From an uncultured Collinsella sp. (GTDB lineage Bacteria; Actinomycetota; Coriobacteriia; Coriobacteriales; Coriobacteriaceae): a stretch of 64,000 bases of DNA. The position numbers and the translations under genes were made by a program. Position 1 is the first letter of the stretch, and the number at the start of each line of letters is the position of its first letter. Where the stretch lies: contig CALEBN010000066.1 in assembly GCA_937943045.1 (NCBI GenBank), forward strand, positions 11,670 to 75,669, in the 5' to 3' direction. The notes beneath the pieces are model-generated. The model made no database searches, was not told the DNA's origin, and saw only the letters and a program-made list of their open reading frames with translations. Below, one piece after another: positions 9,635 to 18,848 of the stretch.

Positions 9635-9972
9635 GGCGGGACTCCTTTATGTGCGTGAAGGCGAAAATCAGCAGAGTTGATGGGGCGCGCGGCGCCACTG
9701 CGGGGGTAAGCCCAGCTAGAACATGTCGATCTTCAGATACATGCGCATCCCTTCGCGTATGAGGTACATAGTTGCGGTCTAACCCATACATGATAGCGTG
9801 CGCAGGCATACCTGCATATAACCCGCACGGAATGCGACAAAGGGTCAGTCTCTTTCCTTGAATACAACTTCATCCGAACGCCTCCCGCATTTATCCGCAC
9901 ATATACGGATAAATTTGGGAATCCGATACCCTGAGGGCCGGATCGGCCGGCCCCGGGAGATCGGAGGACGCC

Positions 9973-10303
9973 ATGTCCGGAAAGGGCGGGAAGGGCGCCG
10001 CGAGGGCGGTCCCGAGGACCCACGGCAGGCTCACCGGGTACGAGCGGGACACGGTCCAGAGGATGCTGAAGCGCAGGGTTCGCTCGGCCACTTCCTCGAG
10101 AGGTTCAAGGGCGTATCGACCCGCAGGCTCCACACAGCTGCCTGATGTGGTTCAGATGGCTGCGCGAGGCCGCACGCGTCGGGGACAGGACGTCGCTCAT
10201 GCGCGAGCAGCTCGACGACGGGCGCTACGAAAAGATCCGGAAGAAGATGATGGAGCCGGAGTACGAGTTCCATCTGGAGCCGGACGTGCAAACGGCGGGT
10301 TAA
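9973..10303 (+). pseudogene. possible frameshifted remnant of a transposase C-terminus (IS1595-like?)
   Basis: Frame-hopping fragments ...LGHFLERFKGVSTRRLH / CLMWFRWLREAAR... loosely resemble the FWS-LKR...G(V)S...L..YL.E.EFR(F/W)N tail of IS1595-type transposases. No intact ORF. Confidence 0.25.
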
Positions 10304-10316
10304 CATAGCCTTTCAC

Positions 10317-10341
10317 CAAAAAGGGCGAGCGGCCGCGCCCT
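10317..10341 (-). terminator. intrinsic terminator downstream of the adhesin gene
   Basis: On the reverse strand, the AGGGCG-CGGCCGCT-CGCCCT hairpin is followed by TTTTTGG, 45 nt after the stop at 10385. Confidence 0.55.
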
Positions 10342-10384
10342 GCGACCACCCGCCCTCAATCAAAGCCCTTCTCGGCCGCCGTAG

Positions 10385-13300
10385 CTACCGGTTCCGGCGC
10401 CGCAGGATAACGCCTGCGGCGATCAGCACCACCGCGCCGCCCGCGATGCCACCCAGGGCCATCGGCGACAAGCTGGTATCGCCCGTATACGGCAGACCCG
10501 GCTTCTCCTCCTTCGGCACCGGTGACTTGCTCGGCGGATTGGTGGGCGGCTCCGTCGGCGGGGTGGTCGGCGGCGTGTACGTGTTCTTGAACACCGGCGC
10601 CACGGCGCCGTCATAGGTTACCGTCGCCACCAGATGGCCCGCACCGTCGTCCGTCACCGTCACCGTTACCCGGTGCTCGGCCGCGTCGTACGTCACGTTC
10701 TTCTGACCGTCGTCCACCTCGGAGATGCTGTAGGCGTACGTTCCGGGCTTGTCGTACGAGATCGCCTCGAAGCCCACCGTGCCGTCCGCCGCGTTCTTTG
10801 CGGTCTGCAGCACCTTGCCGTCGGCATCCTTCAGCTGGAAGGAGAACCGCCCTTCCTTCAGGTCCTCGCCGCTCAGCACCTTGGAGGCCCCCAGCTTCAC
10901 CTCAGTCGCGGCCGGCGCGTAACTGTTGCTGAACGCCACCGCATCCGCAGCCTTGCCGCCCTTGCTGTAGGCAACCTGCGCCTCCAGCGCGTGCGTCTCC
11001 GCATTCTCCGTCACCGTCACCGTCGCGGTAAAGACCGTCGTGTCGTAGGTGACGCCGTTCGCCGTCGCCCCTGCCCGCTCGGACACGGTGTAGACGTACG
11101 TCCCCACCTTGTCCAGCTGCAGCGGCGCGAAGCCGAACGTGCCGTCGGCGCCGTTCTGCACCGTCTGCACCACGTTACCGTCGGCGTCCTTCAGGTCGAA
11201 GAAGAACTCACCCTCGGCCAGGTCGCGGCCGGTCAGAGCCTTCGTTCCGGTAATCGTCGCCGTCGTTGCCGTCGGCGTGTAGGTGTTGGTGAAGGTCAGA
11301 TCCGCAGCCGTCTTGTTCGCCGTCGCGGTCAGCTGGCCGCTGCCGTCATCGGTCACGTTCACCGTTACGTCCAGCACCGCATCGCTGTAAGTGATGGTGC
11401 CATCTTGGCCCGCAACCTCCTTCACCTGGTACGCATGCGAACCAGTTGCGGTGTACGAGATGGCCTTGAAGGTAAACGCTTTACCCACGTTCGTGGTCCG
11501 GTCGATCTCCTGCCCGGTGGCCACGTCAATCAGCGCGAATGTGAACTCGCCATCGGCGGGCGTCCGCGTGGTGGCCGGGTCGGCATTCTCAAGCACCTTG
11601 GTGCCAGAGATCTGGTAGGAGGTCTGACCCGGCTGGTAGCTGTTCGCAAACGTCATGGTATTGGGGGTGACGCCGTTCTCGGTGCCCTCGCTCGGTTTCA
11701 CCGTAGAGCTCTCTACCACCAGCTTGCCGTCGTTGTTGTCCTTCACCACGTAGGTCAGGGTGTACGTCTTGCCGGTGTAGGTCACGCCCGGCACGCCCGG
11801 CGCGCCGTCCGTCGGCTGCACCTCACGGACCGTGAAGGGAAAGGTGCCCGCATGGTCGAAGGTCAGCTCGTTAAAGTAAACCTTGCCCTTGGCGTCGTTC
11901 TTCTGGGTCTGGAGCACCGTACCGTCAGACCCCACCAGCTCGAAGGCGAAGTCTCCCGCCTTTAGCTGATAGCTGCCGTCGTGCACGTCAACGCTCTTGG
12001 TGAGGGCGATCGCGCCGGAGTTCGTCGCCTTCGCCTTGTAGGTGTTGGTGAAGGTGGGCTTCGTGGCGTCCGCGCCGTCGTAGGCGACGCTCGCCTGCAG
12101 CGTGCCGGCATTGTCCACAACCGTCACCACGGCATGATGCACCGCGTCGTCGTAGGTCACGTAGGCCAGATCACCCTTCCGCTCCACGATAGTGTACTCG
12201 TACGTGCCCGGCTTCGCGTAGGAGAAGGCGTCGAAGTTAACGCTTCCGTCCGCGCCGTTGGTCGCGGTCCGGACGGGCTTGGCCCCGGCAAGCTGCTCAG
12301 CAGTCATTTTGCCCTCGTACACATCGAAGGTGAACTCGCCGTCCTTGGGGACGATCGGCGTGTTGTCGTCCTTCTTCACATAGCTCTTCTGCGCACCGAG
12401 GGCCAGACCGGTCGCGGCCGGCTGGTAGGTGTTGGTGAAGGTATCCGAGCCGGATGCGCTCGTCACGATCGCCTTCGCATTCAGTGCTCCGTTCCCGCCG
12501 TCTGTGACCGTCACCGTATAGGTGAGGGCATGATTGTCATAGACCATGCCCGGCTCCGCGCCCGGCTGCTCCACGATGGTGTAGGTGAAGTCCTTGCTCG
12601 CGGCGCCGCCCAGGTCGGAGAGCTGGAACTCGCGCGTGAAGCAGACCTTGCCGTTTGCATCGTTCTTCGCGGTGGCGATCACGTTGCCGGCAGCGTCCTT
12701 CAGGTCGAAGGTGAACTCGCCGTCCGCAGGCTTCGTCGTGTGATCGAAGCCGTCCGCAACCTTGATGGTCTTGGTCGCCGTCAGCTCCACGGATCCCTTT
12801 GCGGTGTAGGTGTTGTTGAAGGTGGGAGCCGTAGCGGTACCGTCATAGGTGACGGTCACCTTTGTCTTGTTGTTGTCGTCCTGGTTCTGCTCTACCTTGA
12901 CGTGGACCTTGACTTCCTTGGCGTCGTAGGCCACGCCGTCGACGGACTGGCCGGCCTTCTCCTCCTTGAGCGTGTAGTCGTACTCGCCCAGGTTCAGGCC
13001 CTTGACGGTCAGCTTGACCTTGCCATTCTTATCGTTGGTGCCGCGAGCGTCCTCATTGCCGTCCTGGTCGTACAAGCCGAAGGTGAACGCATCGGCCGTC
13101 AGGTCCTTGCCCGCGAGAACTTTCGTGGCCTCAACGGTGACGTCCGCCGTCGGCTTCGTGTTGGTGAAGGTCGGCACGGCCTTCTCGCCGTCGTAGGTGA
13201 CGGTCGCCTTCAGCTCGCCCTTTTCGTCGGTGACCTTGACGTGGACCTTCACGCCCTTCGCGTCGTAGACGACGGTCGAGTCGGCGCCCTTCACCTCCTT

Positions 13301-16300
13301 GATGGTGTAGTCGTGGTCGCCCGGCGTAGCGTAGTCGATGGCTGCAAAGGCGACCTTGCCGTCCTTCTCGTTTTGGACAGTCTGGACCACGCTGCCGTCC
13401 TTGTCGAGCAGCTGGAACGTGAAGTCACTCCCCGCGAGCTCACCGCCCGTGAAGCGCTTCGTCGCCTTGAGCGTTACCGAGGTCTCCTTCGGGCGGTACG
13501 TGTTCGTGAAGGTCTTGTCTCCACTCGTTACCTGCGGTGTGGCCGTCAGCGTACCGGCGCCATCGTCTGTGACCGTCACCGTATAGGTGAGGGTATGGTT
13601 GTCATAGACCATGCCGGCCTCCGCGCCCAGCTTCTCCGCGATGGTGTAGGCGAAGTCCTTGCTCGCGGCGCCGCCCAGGTCGGCGAGCTCGAAGTCGCGC
13701 GTGAACTTCACCGTGCCATCGGCCTCGTTCTTCGCGGTGTCGAGCACCTTGCCGTCGGCGTCCTTCAGCTCGAACGTGTATTCGCCGCCCTTCAGCTTGG
13801 TGTCGTGCGTGAAGCCCGGCGCGACCGCAACGACCTTGGTCGCCGTCAGCTCCACGGATCCCTTTGCGGTGTAGGTGTTCGTGAAGGTGGGGGCATCGGC
13901 CTTGTCACCATCGTAGGCAACGGCGGCGTCCAGCTTGCCAGCTTTGTCCATGACCTTCACCGCGGCATGGTGCACCGCGTCGTCGAAGGTCACGTGGGAC
14001 AGGTCGCCCTTCTTCTCCACGATGGTGTACTTGTACTCGCCGGCCTTGGTGTAGTTGATGGCCGGGAAGGTGACGGTGCCGTCCTCGCCGTTCTTGGCGC
14101 TCCGGATGGGTTGCTTGCCCTTCAGCTGCTCGGCCGTCAGATCGCCCTCGTACAAGTCGAAGGCGAACTCGCCGCCCTTGAGCGCAGCCGGCGTGCTGTC
14201 GGACTTCACATAGGCCTTCTTCGCCGCGAGCGTCACCGAGGTCTCGGCGGGCTGATACGTGTTCTTGAAGGTCGGGATATCGTTCTTGCCGTCGTAAGTG
14301 ACGGTCGCCTTCGCCTTGTCGCCCTCCGCCTTCACCGAGACGTGAACCCTCACCTCCGTGGAATCGTAGGTGATGGTCGAATCGCTGCCAGCGACCTCCT
14401 TGAGCGTGTAGTCGTACTCGCCCAGGTTCAGGCCCTTGACGGTCAGCTTGACCTTGCCATTCTTATCGTTGGTGCCGCGAGCGTCCTCATTGCCGTCCTG
14501 GTCGTACAAGCCGAAGGTGAACGCATCGGCCGTCAGGTCCTTGCCCGCGAGAACTTTCGTGGCCTCAACGGTGACGTCCGCCGTCGGCTTCGTGTTGGTG
14601 AAGGTCGGCACGGCCTTCTCGCCGTCGTAGGTGACGGTCGCCTTCAGCTCGCCCTTTTCGTCGGTGACCTTGACGTGGACCTTCACGCCCTTCGCGTCGT
14701 AGACGACGGTCGAGTCGGCGCCCTTCACCTCCTTGATGGTGTAGTCGTGGTCGCCCGGCGTAGCGTAGTCGATGGCTGCAAAGGCGACCTTGCCGTCCTT
14801 CTCGTTTTGGACAGTCTGGACCACGCTGCCGTCCTTGTCGAGCAGCTGGAACGTGAAGTCACTCCCCGCGAGCTCACCGCCCGTGAAGCGCTTCGTCGCC
14901 TTGAGCGTTACCGAGGTCTCCTTCGGGCGGTACGTGTTCGTGATCACCGCAATCTGATCGTCGATCACCTGAGATGTGGCGGTGCCATCATCCTTATAGA
15001 TCTGCTCCATTTTGACGACTGGCTCGGTCAGATTTCCCTTGCCGTCATCCTTCACCGTTACGGTCACTTTGTATTCGGCGCTGGAGTAGCTGACACCGCC
15101 CAGCCAACTGGGATCGCTCTTGGCGGGCGTAGTCTCGGCAATGTAGTAGGTGTACTTGCCAGGCTTCTCATACTTAATCTCTCCGAAGCTAAATTCTTCG
15201 GCGCTCGTAACGGTCTTCTCGACCTGCTTCATGCCGGCCACGGGCGCTGCCGTGGCACCATCAGGCATCGGCGTTCCATCGGCGGCGCGCAGGCAAAGCT
15301 CGAAGCTGTCGGCGCTAGTCCACTCACGGCCGGTGAACTTCTTCTTCGCCTTGATGCCTGTGAGCGTCACCGAAGACTTCACGCTGTAGCTGTTGGTGAA
15401 CACCAGCTTGTTGTCTTTGGCCACCGTGCCGTCGGAATTCTGCGGGGCAATCCTGCCCGAGATGCTATTGCCTTCTTCAGTCAGATTCTTGTCACCCTGC
15501 TTGCGGCCGGTCAGCTTATAGCCCGCGGGCATCTTGTCTGCGCCGGTCAGCTCCTGCACCGCGTACTGGTCACCCTCGGCGAGACCGTACACGCGGATCG
15601 TCTGGTCGGCCGTGATGGTCTGCTCGCGGCCGTTCTCGAGGTCGAACATTTTGCCGACCTGCTTCTCGCTTGCGGTCCCCGCGTTCTCAAACACCGCGGC
15701 CTTGTACGTCTTCCCCGCCGTCGTGGGCACGGTGAACTTGAAGGTGAACCCCGCGTCCGGTTTTCCCGTCAGGCCCGCTGGCACCATGACCTTCTTCATC
15801 ACCTCGAGGCTCGCCTCGCGTTCGTTCGCCACGCGCACGCAGGTGGCGCCCGTAAACAGGGCGTTCAGATTCATGTCGCCCAGGTCGGCGCGGGTGCCCT
15901 TCGCATTAGTGTCACCAGACACGTCCTGCGTGATGCCCATACGTATCCAGCCCGTCTCGGTCTCCAGGCGGTAAGGTTCGTCCTTCTTGGTGGGCCCATA
16001 CTGGTAGACACGTCCATTGGCGCCGTACTTAAGATGTACCTCATTCTCGCCGCCCTTGGCGTCATTGTTCCAGGAAAGGTTGCCGTTGCCGTCGAGCGTC
16101 CCGTCGGACGTCTGGCGCTGGCCCTTGATCCACGTGAGCGTGTTGTCAATGTCGCCCTCTGCGCCAAACTGGCCCAGGCTCTTCATGAGCGAGCCCACGC
16201 CCACGAACGTCGAAACGCCGTCATCAACTGTACCAGCATCGGCGTGGACGCCGTAATCGTCCACAATCACCTTGATGAGCCTGTCATTAAGCAGGAAGCC

Positions 16301-18553
16301 ATTGGGCGCCGAGACCTCCTTCAGGAAGTAGGTACCCTTCACGAGCGGCTCGCTACTGTCGCTCGTAGACGGGAATACGCCCGCCCCTTCGAGCTTGACC
16401 GGGTTGGCGACCGACCTCGTCGTCAGGGTGTCGTAGGGGGCCTGGTCGCCATCGAGCACGGCCTTGCCGTTCGCATCCGTAGTCACCTGGGTGGACTTGT
16501 AAAGGCCGAACTTCGCCCCGTCAACGGGCTTACCCTCGGTATCGGTCTTCTGCACGAACAGGCGATTCTGGATGTTCGTGACGAGCAGGCGCGTGGCGAA
16601 CTGCCGCTTGAAGTTCGTGCCGTCTGCGATGTCGTCGCTGTACACGTGGACTGTGTTCTTAGGCGTCGCGTCGCCGATCGAGCTCGCCGTTGTGTGGTAG
16701 ATGGCCACCGTGTACTCGGCATCCTTGCGGGCATCACCGCTCAGCAGGTAGTAGTACTTGGAGATGTCACCGGGCAGATTTTGAATCTCTACCTGGTACT
16801 GGCCGCTTGTGTTGAGCGTGAAGGCGTGCAGGTCCTTCTTCGCCGCCTCGATAGCACCGGTCATGCCCGGCTCCTTGGCGAGGGTGTATCCCGCTCCCGT
16901 CGATGGGTCGCCCGACACGGCGTACCAATTGCTCGGATCTTTGATACCTGTGCCTGCGCTTTTGTCGCGCTTGAGCACCACAGCGAACAGTATGCCGGAG
17001 TCCAGATTGACGGTCTTGTCGGACTTCGTCAGGTCATTATTTGCCTTGTACACGGTCGACGGCGCGGTGATGGTCTCCTTCGCGGCGGCGAACGCACCGG
17101 TCTTCCACACGACGCTGCCCACGTCCATACCGCCGCGGTTGATGATGACGCCGCCCGCGCCGTTCTCAGCGCTCGCGGGCACGTACTCGAGCTGCATGCT
17201 ACCACCCGTCGCCGCGAGACTCGAGCGGTATCCCTCGGGTACGCGCGTCTCCTTCAGGAGGTAGTACTTGTTGTTGTCGTGATCCTTGTTGTAGAGATCG
17301 TCGAAGTTGATGACGCCGTTGTCCACGTCGTTCGTGAGCGTTAGGTGGCCGGCCTCGTCCGTGGTACCGGAGCCGATGAGCTCGCCCACGGTCTTGAAGT
17401 CCTTGTCGGTCTTATAGAGCTTGAACTCGGCACCCTGTACGAACTTGCCGTCCTGGTCGAACTTGATGATGTCGGACTCGGGCACCGTCACGAGGTTGAA
17501 CTTGAGCTCCATGTTGGAGTCGGTGGCGCCGCGCTCCAGGTAGAAGAACTTGAGGGTGTGGTTGGTGCCGTCGGCGAAGGTGTTGCCGTTGAAGCCCGAA
17601 GTGTCCTTATTCGCCTTCTGGTACTTGTTCTTCAGTGTGCCGTCGTTATTACCGTTCACCTTAATGTCGCCCGTACAAAAGTTGATGCTCAGACTCGCGC
17701 GGTTGTGAATACCGCCGATATCACCCACGAGGACATCGTCGATGAACACCCAGACGTCATCATCGCCGGCGAACTCGAACACCATGTCGTCGCCCGCGTT
17801 CGTCTTGCCGCCAGCAGGCTGCACGAATCGCGTGGACATTGAGAGGCCGAAGTGGTGGTTGACGGGGCGGCCGTCGTTGTAGCGCGAATCACCGGTGTTG
17901 TCTGCCTTGATGCCGGTTTGGACGAGCCGGCCGTTTTCCTCTTTGAGCACCTTGTCTGCCGCGTCGAACGGGAAGAACTGACCCTGGTGGGACGAATCGC
18001 CCGCTTTGTCAATGCCCCAGGTGTCATAGATGTCGAAGGCATTCTTGTCAGCGTTGTAGGCTGCGTAGTTTTTGGAGCTGTCATAGACGTAGTAGCCGTT
18101 CTGAACCTTGAGGAGGCCCGTCACGCCAAAATGGGACGTCTTGCCGATCTGGGCAGAGGAATCGAACAGGTAGCAGAGGGACTCGCCGCCCCAGGTTTTG
18201 GAAAGCTGCGGATAGCCGTCTAAAAGCGTGTTGTTGACAATGCCGGGCTGCGGGTTCGTGTTGCCCGTCCAATGGTTGAGCGACTCACCACCCTGGCCGT
18301 CGTTAAACTGGAACCGGTGGTTTGCGTTGACGCCGCCGTTGCCGGAAACCGACAGATGGTTATCGGGATTCACCCAGTAATCAAACAGGTTGATTGTTGT
18401 CCCCGAAGGCGAAATCGTCGTAACCGTGTGGTCCGAAAACGCCGCTTCCGCACGGGTCGGCAGGAAGAAACTCGCCGTCAGCGCGACGGCGAGGGCCAAA
18501 ACAATCACATATGGCGAGACCGGGCGCAGCCCACGACGACGGCCATAAGACAT
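10385..18553 (-). CDS. giant LPXTG-anchored surface adhesin: fibro-slime/PA14-like N-terminal domain, Cna-B/SpaA-type domains, and >20 Spy0128/FctA-like isopeptide repeat domains
   Basis: 2722 aa from the ATG at 18553. Signal peptide (VIVLALAVALTASFFLPTRAEA), GDDDVWVFIDDVLVGDIGGIH block, and repeated TFTNTY...K...G.F.F.L.D..G......N...G.V.F..I.Y...G...Y.I.E units. C-terminal LPYTG followed by a TM helix and RRRNR. Confidence 0.9.
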   Translation of the reverse strand: MSYGRRRGLRPVSPYVIVLALAVALTASFFLPTRAEAAFSDHTVTTISPSGTTINLFDYWVNPDNHLSVSGNGGVNANHRFQFNDGQGGESLNHWTGNTNPQPGIVNNTLLDGYPQLSKTWGGESLCYLFDSSAQIGKTSHFGVTGLLKVQNGYYVYDSSKNYAAYNADKNAFDIYDTWGIDKAGDSSHQGQFFPFDAADKVLKEENGRLVQTGIKADNTGDSRYNDGRPVNHHFGLSMSTRFVQPAGGKTNAGDDMVFEFAGDDDVWVFIDDVLVGDIGGIHNRASLSINFCTGDIKVNGNNDGTLKNKYQKANKDTSGFNGNTFADGTNHTLKFFYLERGATDSNMELKFNLVTVPESDIIKFDQDGKFVQGAEFKLYKTDKDFKTVGELIGSGTTDEAGHLTLTNDVDNGVINFDDLYNKDHDNNKYYLLKETRVPEGYRSSLAATGGSMQLEYVPASAENGAGGVIINRGGMDVGSVVWKTGAFAAAKETITAPSTVYKANNDLTKSDKTVNLDSGILFAVVLKRDKSAGTGIKDPSNWYAVSGDPSTGAGYTLAKEPGMTGAIEAAKKDLHAFTLNTSGQYQVEIQNLPGDISKYYYLLSGDARKDAEYTVAIYHTTASSIGDATPKNTVHVYSDDIADGTNFKRQFATRLLVTNIQNRLFVQKTDTEGKPVDGAKFGLYKSTQVTTDANGKAVLDGDQAPYDTLTTRSVANPVKLEGAGVFPSTSDSSEPLVKGTYFLKEVSAPNGFLLNDRLIKVIVDDYGVHADAGTVDDGVSTFVGVGSLMKSLGQFGAEGDIDNTLTWIKGQRQTSDGTLDGNGNLSWNNDAKGGENEVHLKYGANGRVYQYGPTKKDEPYRLETETGWIRMGITQDVSGDTNAKGTRADLGDMNLNALFTGATCVRVANEREASLEVMKKVMVPAGLTGKPDAGFTFKFTVPTTAGKTYKAAVFENAGTASEKQVGKMFDLENGREQTITADQTIRVYGLAEGDQYAVQELTGADKMPAGYKLTGRKQGDKNLTEEGNSISGRIAPQNSDGTVAKDNKLVFTNSYSVKSSVTLTGIKAKKKFTGREWTSADSFELCLRAADGTPMPDGATAAPVAGMKQVEKTVTSAEEFSFGEIKYEKPGKYTYYIAETTPAKSDPSWLGGVSYSSAEYKVTVTVKDDGKGNLTEPVVKMEQIYKDDGTATSQVIDDQIAVITNTYRPKETSVTLKATKRFTGGELAGSDFTFQLLDKDGSVVQTVQNEKDGKVAFAAIDYATPGDHDYTIKEVKGADSTVVYDAKGVKVHVKVTDEKGELKATVTYDGEKAVPTFTNTKPTADVTVEATKVLAGKDLTADAFTFGLYDQDGNEDARGTNDKNGKVKLTVKGLNLGEYDYTLKEVAGSDSTITYDSTEVRVHVSVKAEGDKAKATVTYDGKNDIPTFKNTYQPAETSVTLAAKKAYVKSDSTPAALKGGEFAFDLYEGDLTAEQLKGKQPIRSAKNGEDGTVTFPAINYTKAGEYKYTIVEKKGDLSHVTFDDAVHHAAVKVMDKAGKLDAAVAYDGDKADAPTFTNTYTAKGSVELTATKVVAVAPGFTHDTKLKGGEYTFELKDADGKVLDTAKNEADGTVKFTRDFELADLGGAASKDFAYTIAEKLGAEAGMVYDNHTLTYTVTVTDDGAGTLTATPQVTSGDKTFTNTYRPKETSVTLKATKRFTGGELAGSDFTFQLLDKDGSVVQTVQNEKDGKVAFAAIDYATPGDHDYTIKEVKGADSTVVYDAKGVKVHVKVTDEKGELKATVTYDGEKAVPTFTNTKPTADVTVEATKVLAGKDLTADAFTFGLYDQDGNEDARGTNDKNGKVKLTVKGLNLGEYDYTLKEEKAGQSVDGVAYDAKEVKVHVKVEQNQDDNNKTKVTVTYDGTATAPTFNNTYTAKGSVELTATKTIKVADGFDHTTKPADGEFTFDLKDAAGNVIATAKNDANGKVCFTREFQLSDLGGAASKDFTYTIVEQPGAEPGMVYDNHALTYTVTVTDGGNGALNAKAIVTSASGSDTFTNTYQPAATGLALGAQKSYVKKDDNTPIVPKDGEFTFDVYEGKMTAEQLAGAKPVRTATNGADGSVNFDAFSYAKPGTYEYTIVERKGDLAYVTYDDAVHHAVVTVVDNAGTLQASVAYDGADATKPTFTNTYKAKATNSGAIALTKSVDVHDGSYQLKAGDFAFELVGSDGTVLQTQKNDAKGKVYFNELTFDHAGTFPFTVREVQPTDGAPGVPGVTYTGKTYTLTYVVKDNNDGKLVVESSTVKPSEGTENGVTPNTMTFANSYQPGQTSYQISGTKVLENADPATTRTPADGEFTFALIDVATGQEIDRTTNVGKAFTFKAISYTATGSHAYQVKEVAGQDGTITYSDAVLDVTVNVTDDGSGQLTATANKTAADLTFTNTYTPTATTATITGTKALTGRDLAEGEFFFDLKDADGNVVQTVQNGADGTFGFAPLQLDKVGTYVYTVSERAGATANGVTYDTTVFTATVTVTENAETHALEAQVAYSKGGKAADAVAFSNSYAPAATEVKLGASKVLSGEDLKEGRFSFQLKDADGKVLQTAKNAADGTVGFEAISYDKPGTYAYSISEVDDGQKNVTYDAAEHRVTVTVTDDGAGHLVATVTYDGAVAPVFKNTYTPPTTPPTEPPTNPPSKSPVPKEEKPGLPYTGDTSLSPMALGGIAGGAVVLIAAGVILRRRNR
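12961..13509. repeat. 549-bp perfect internal duplication, copy 1 (inside the adhesin gene)
   Basis: Identical base for base to 14395-14943 (offset 1434 bp). Divergence is immediate outside these bounds. Confidence 0.9.
14395..14943. repeat. 549-bp perfect internal duplication, copy 2 (inside the adhesin gene)
   Basis: Identical to 12961-13509. The ORF track shows identical antisense peptides at 13002-13196 and 14436-14630. Confidence 0.9.
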
Positions 18554-18848
18554 GACGGACCACCGCTCGCGCGGCCGGTGTTCACCAGGAAGTTCCCTGC
18601 TTAGACACCCCCCCGGTAGCATTATTCACGAGTCGAGACGTCGTCTCTCTGAGCTCCTGCATAATTTCCTCCCTAGTCACACGGCGACCTGCCCGGGTGC
18701 TCCCCGGGGGCCGAGGCAGTCTGGCACATGCCCGCAGTCGTTCAAGGAATACCAGCCCCAGCATATGTCTCTTAAGATATCTTAGTCTTATTCTATGACA
18801 GTTTTTGTCTCATTACCGATGAAATCGGCTCAGTCCCTTTGTCGCATG

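Noticed and set aside
9973-10308. A 111-aa Arg/Gly-rich ORF, considered as a real basic protein
   Set aside because: Several overlapping frames are equally open, the composition is extreme, and the best motif-like similarity requires a frameshift. It is treated as a degenerate remnant.
12000-17000. Regularly spaced repeats in the adhesin region, considered as a possible CRISPR array
   Set aside because: The repeats are ~450-700 bp protein-domain units in one continuous reading frame, not 25-40 bp repeats with unique spacers. No cas genes are present in the window.
11981-17344. A 1787-aa ORF on the plus strand opposite the adhesin gene, plus the similar 443-aa ORF at 10634-11965
   Set aside because: It is antisense to a gene with clear domain repeats, a signal peptide and an LPXTG anchor. 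Its translation is Arg/Gly/Val/Leu-rich with no motifs, the typical long shadow ORF of high-GC DNA.
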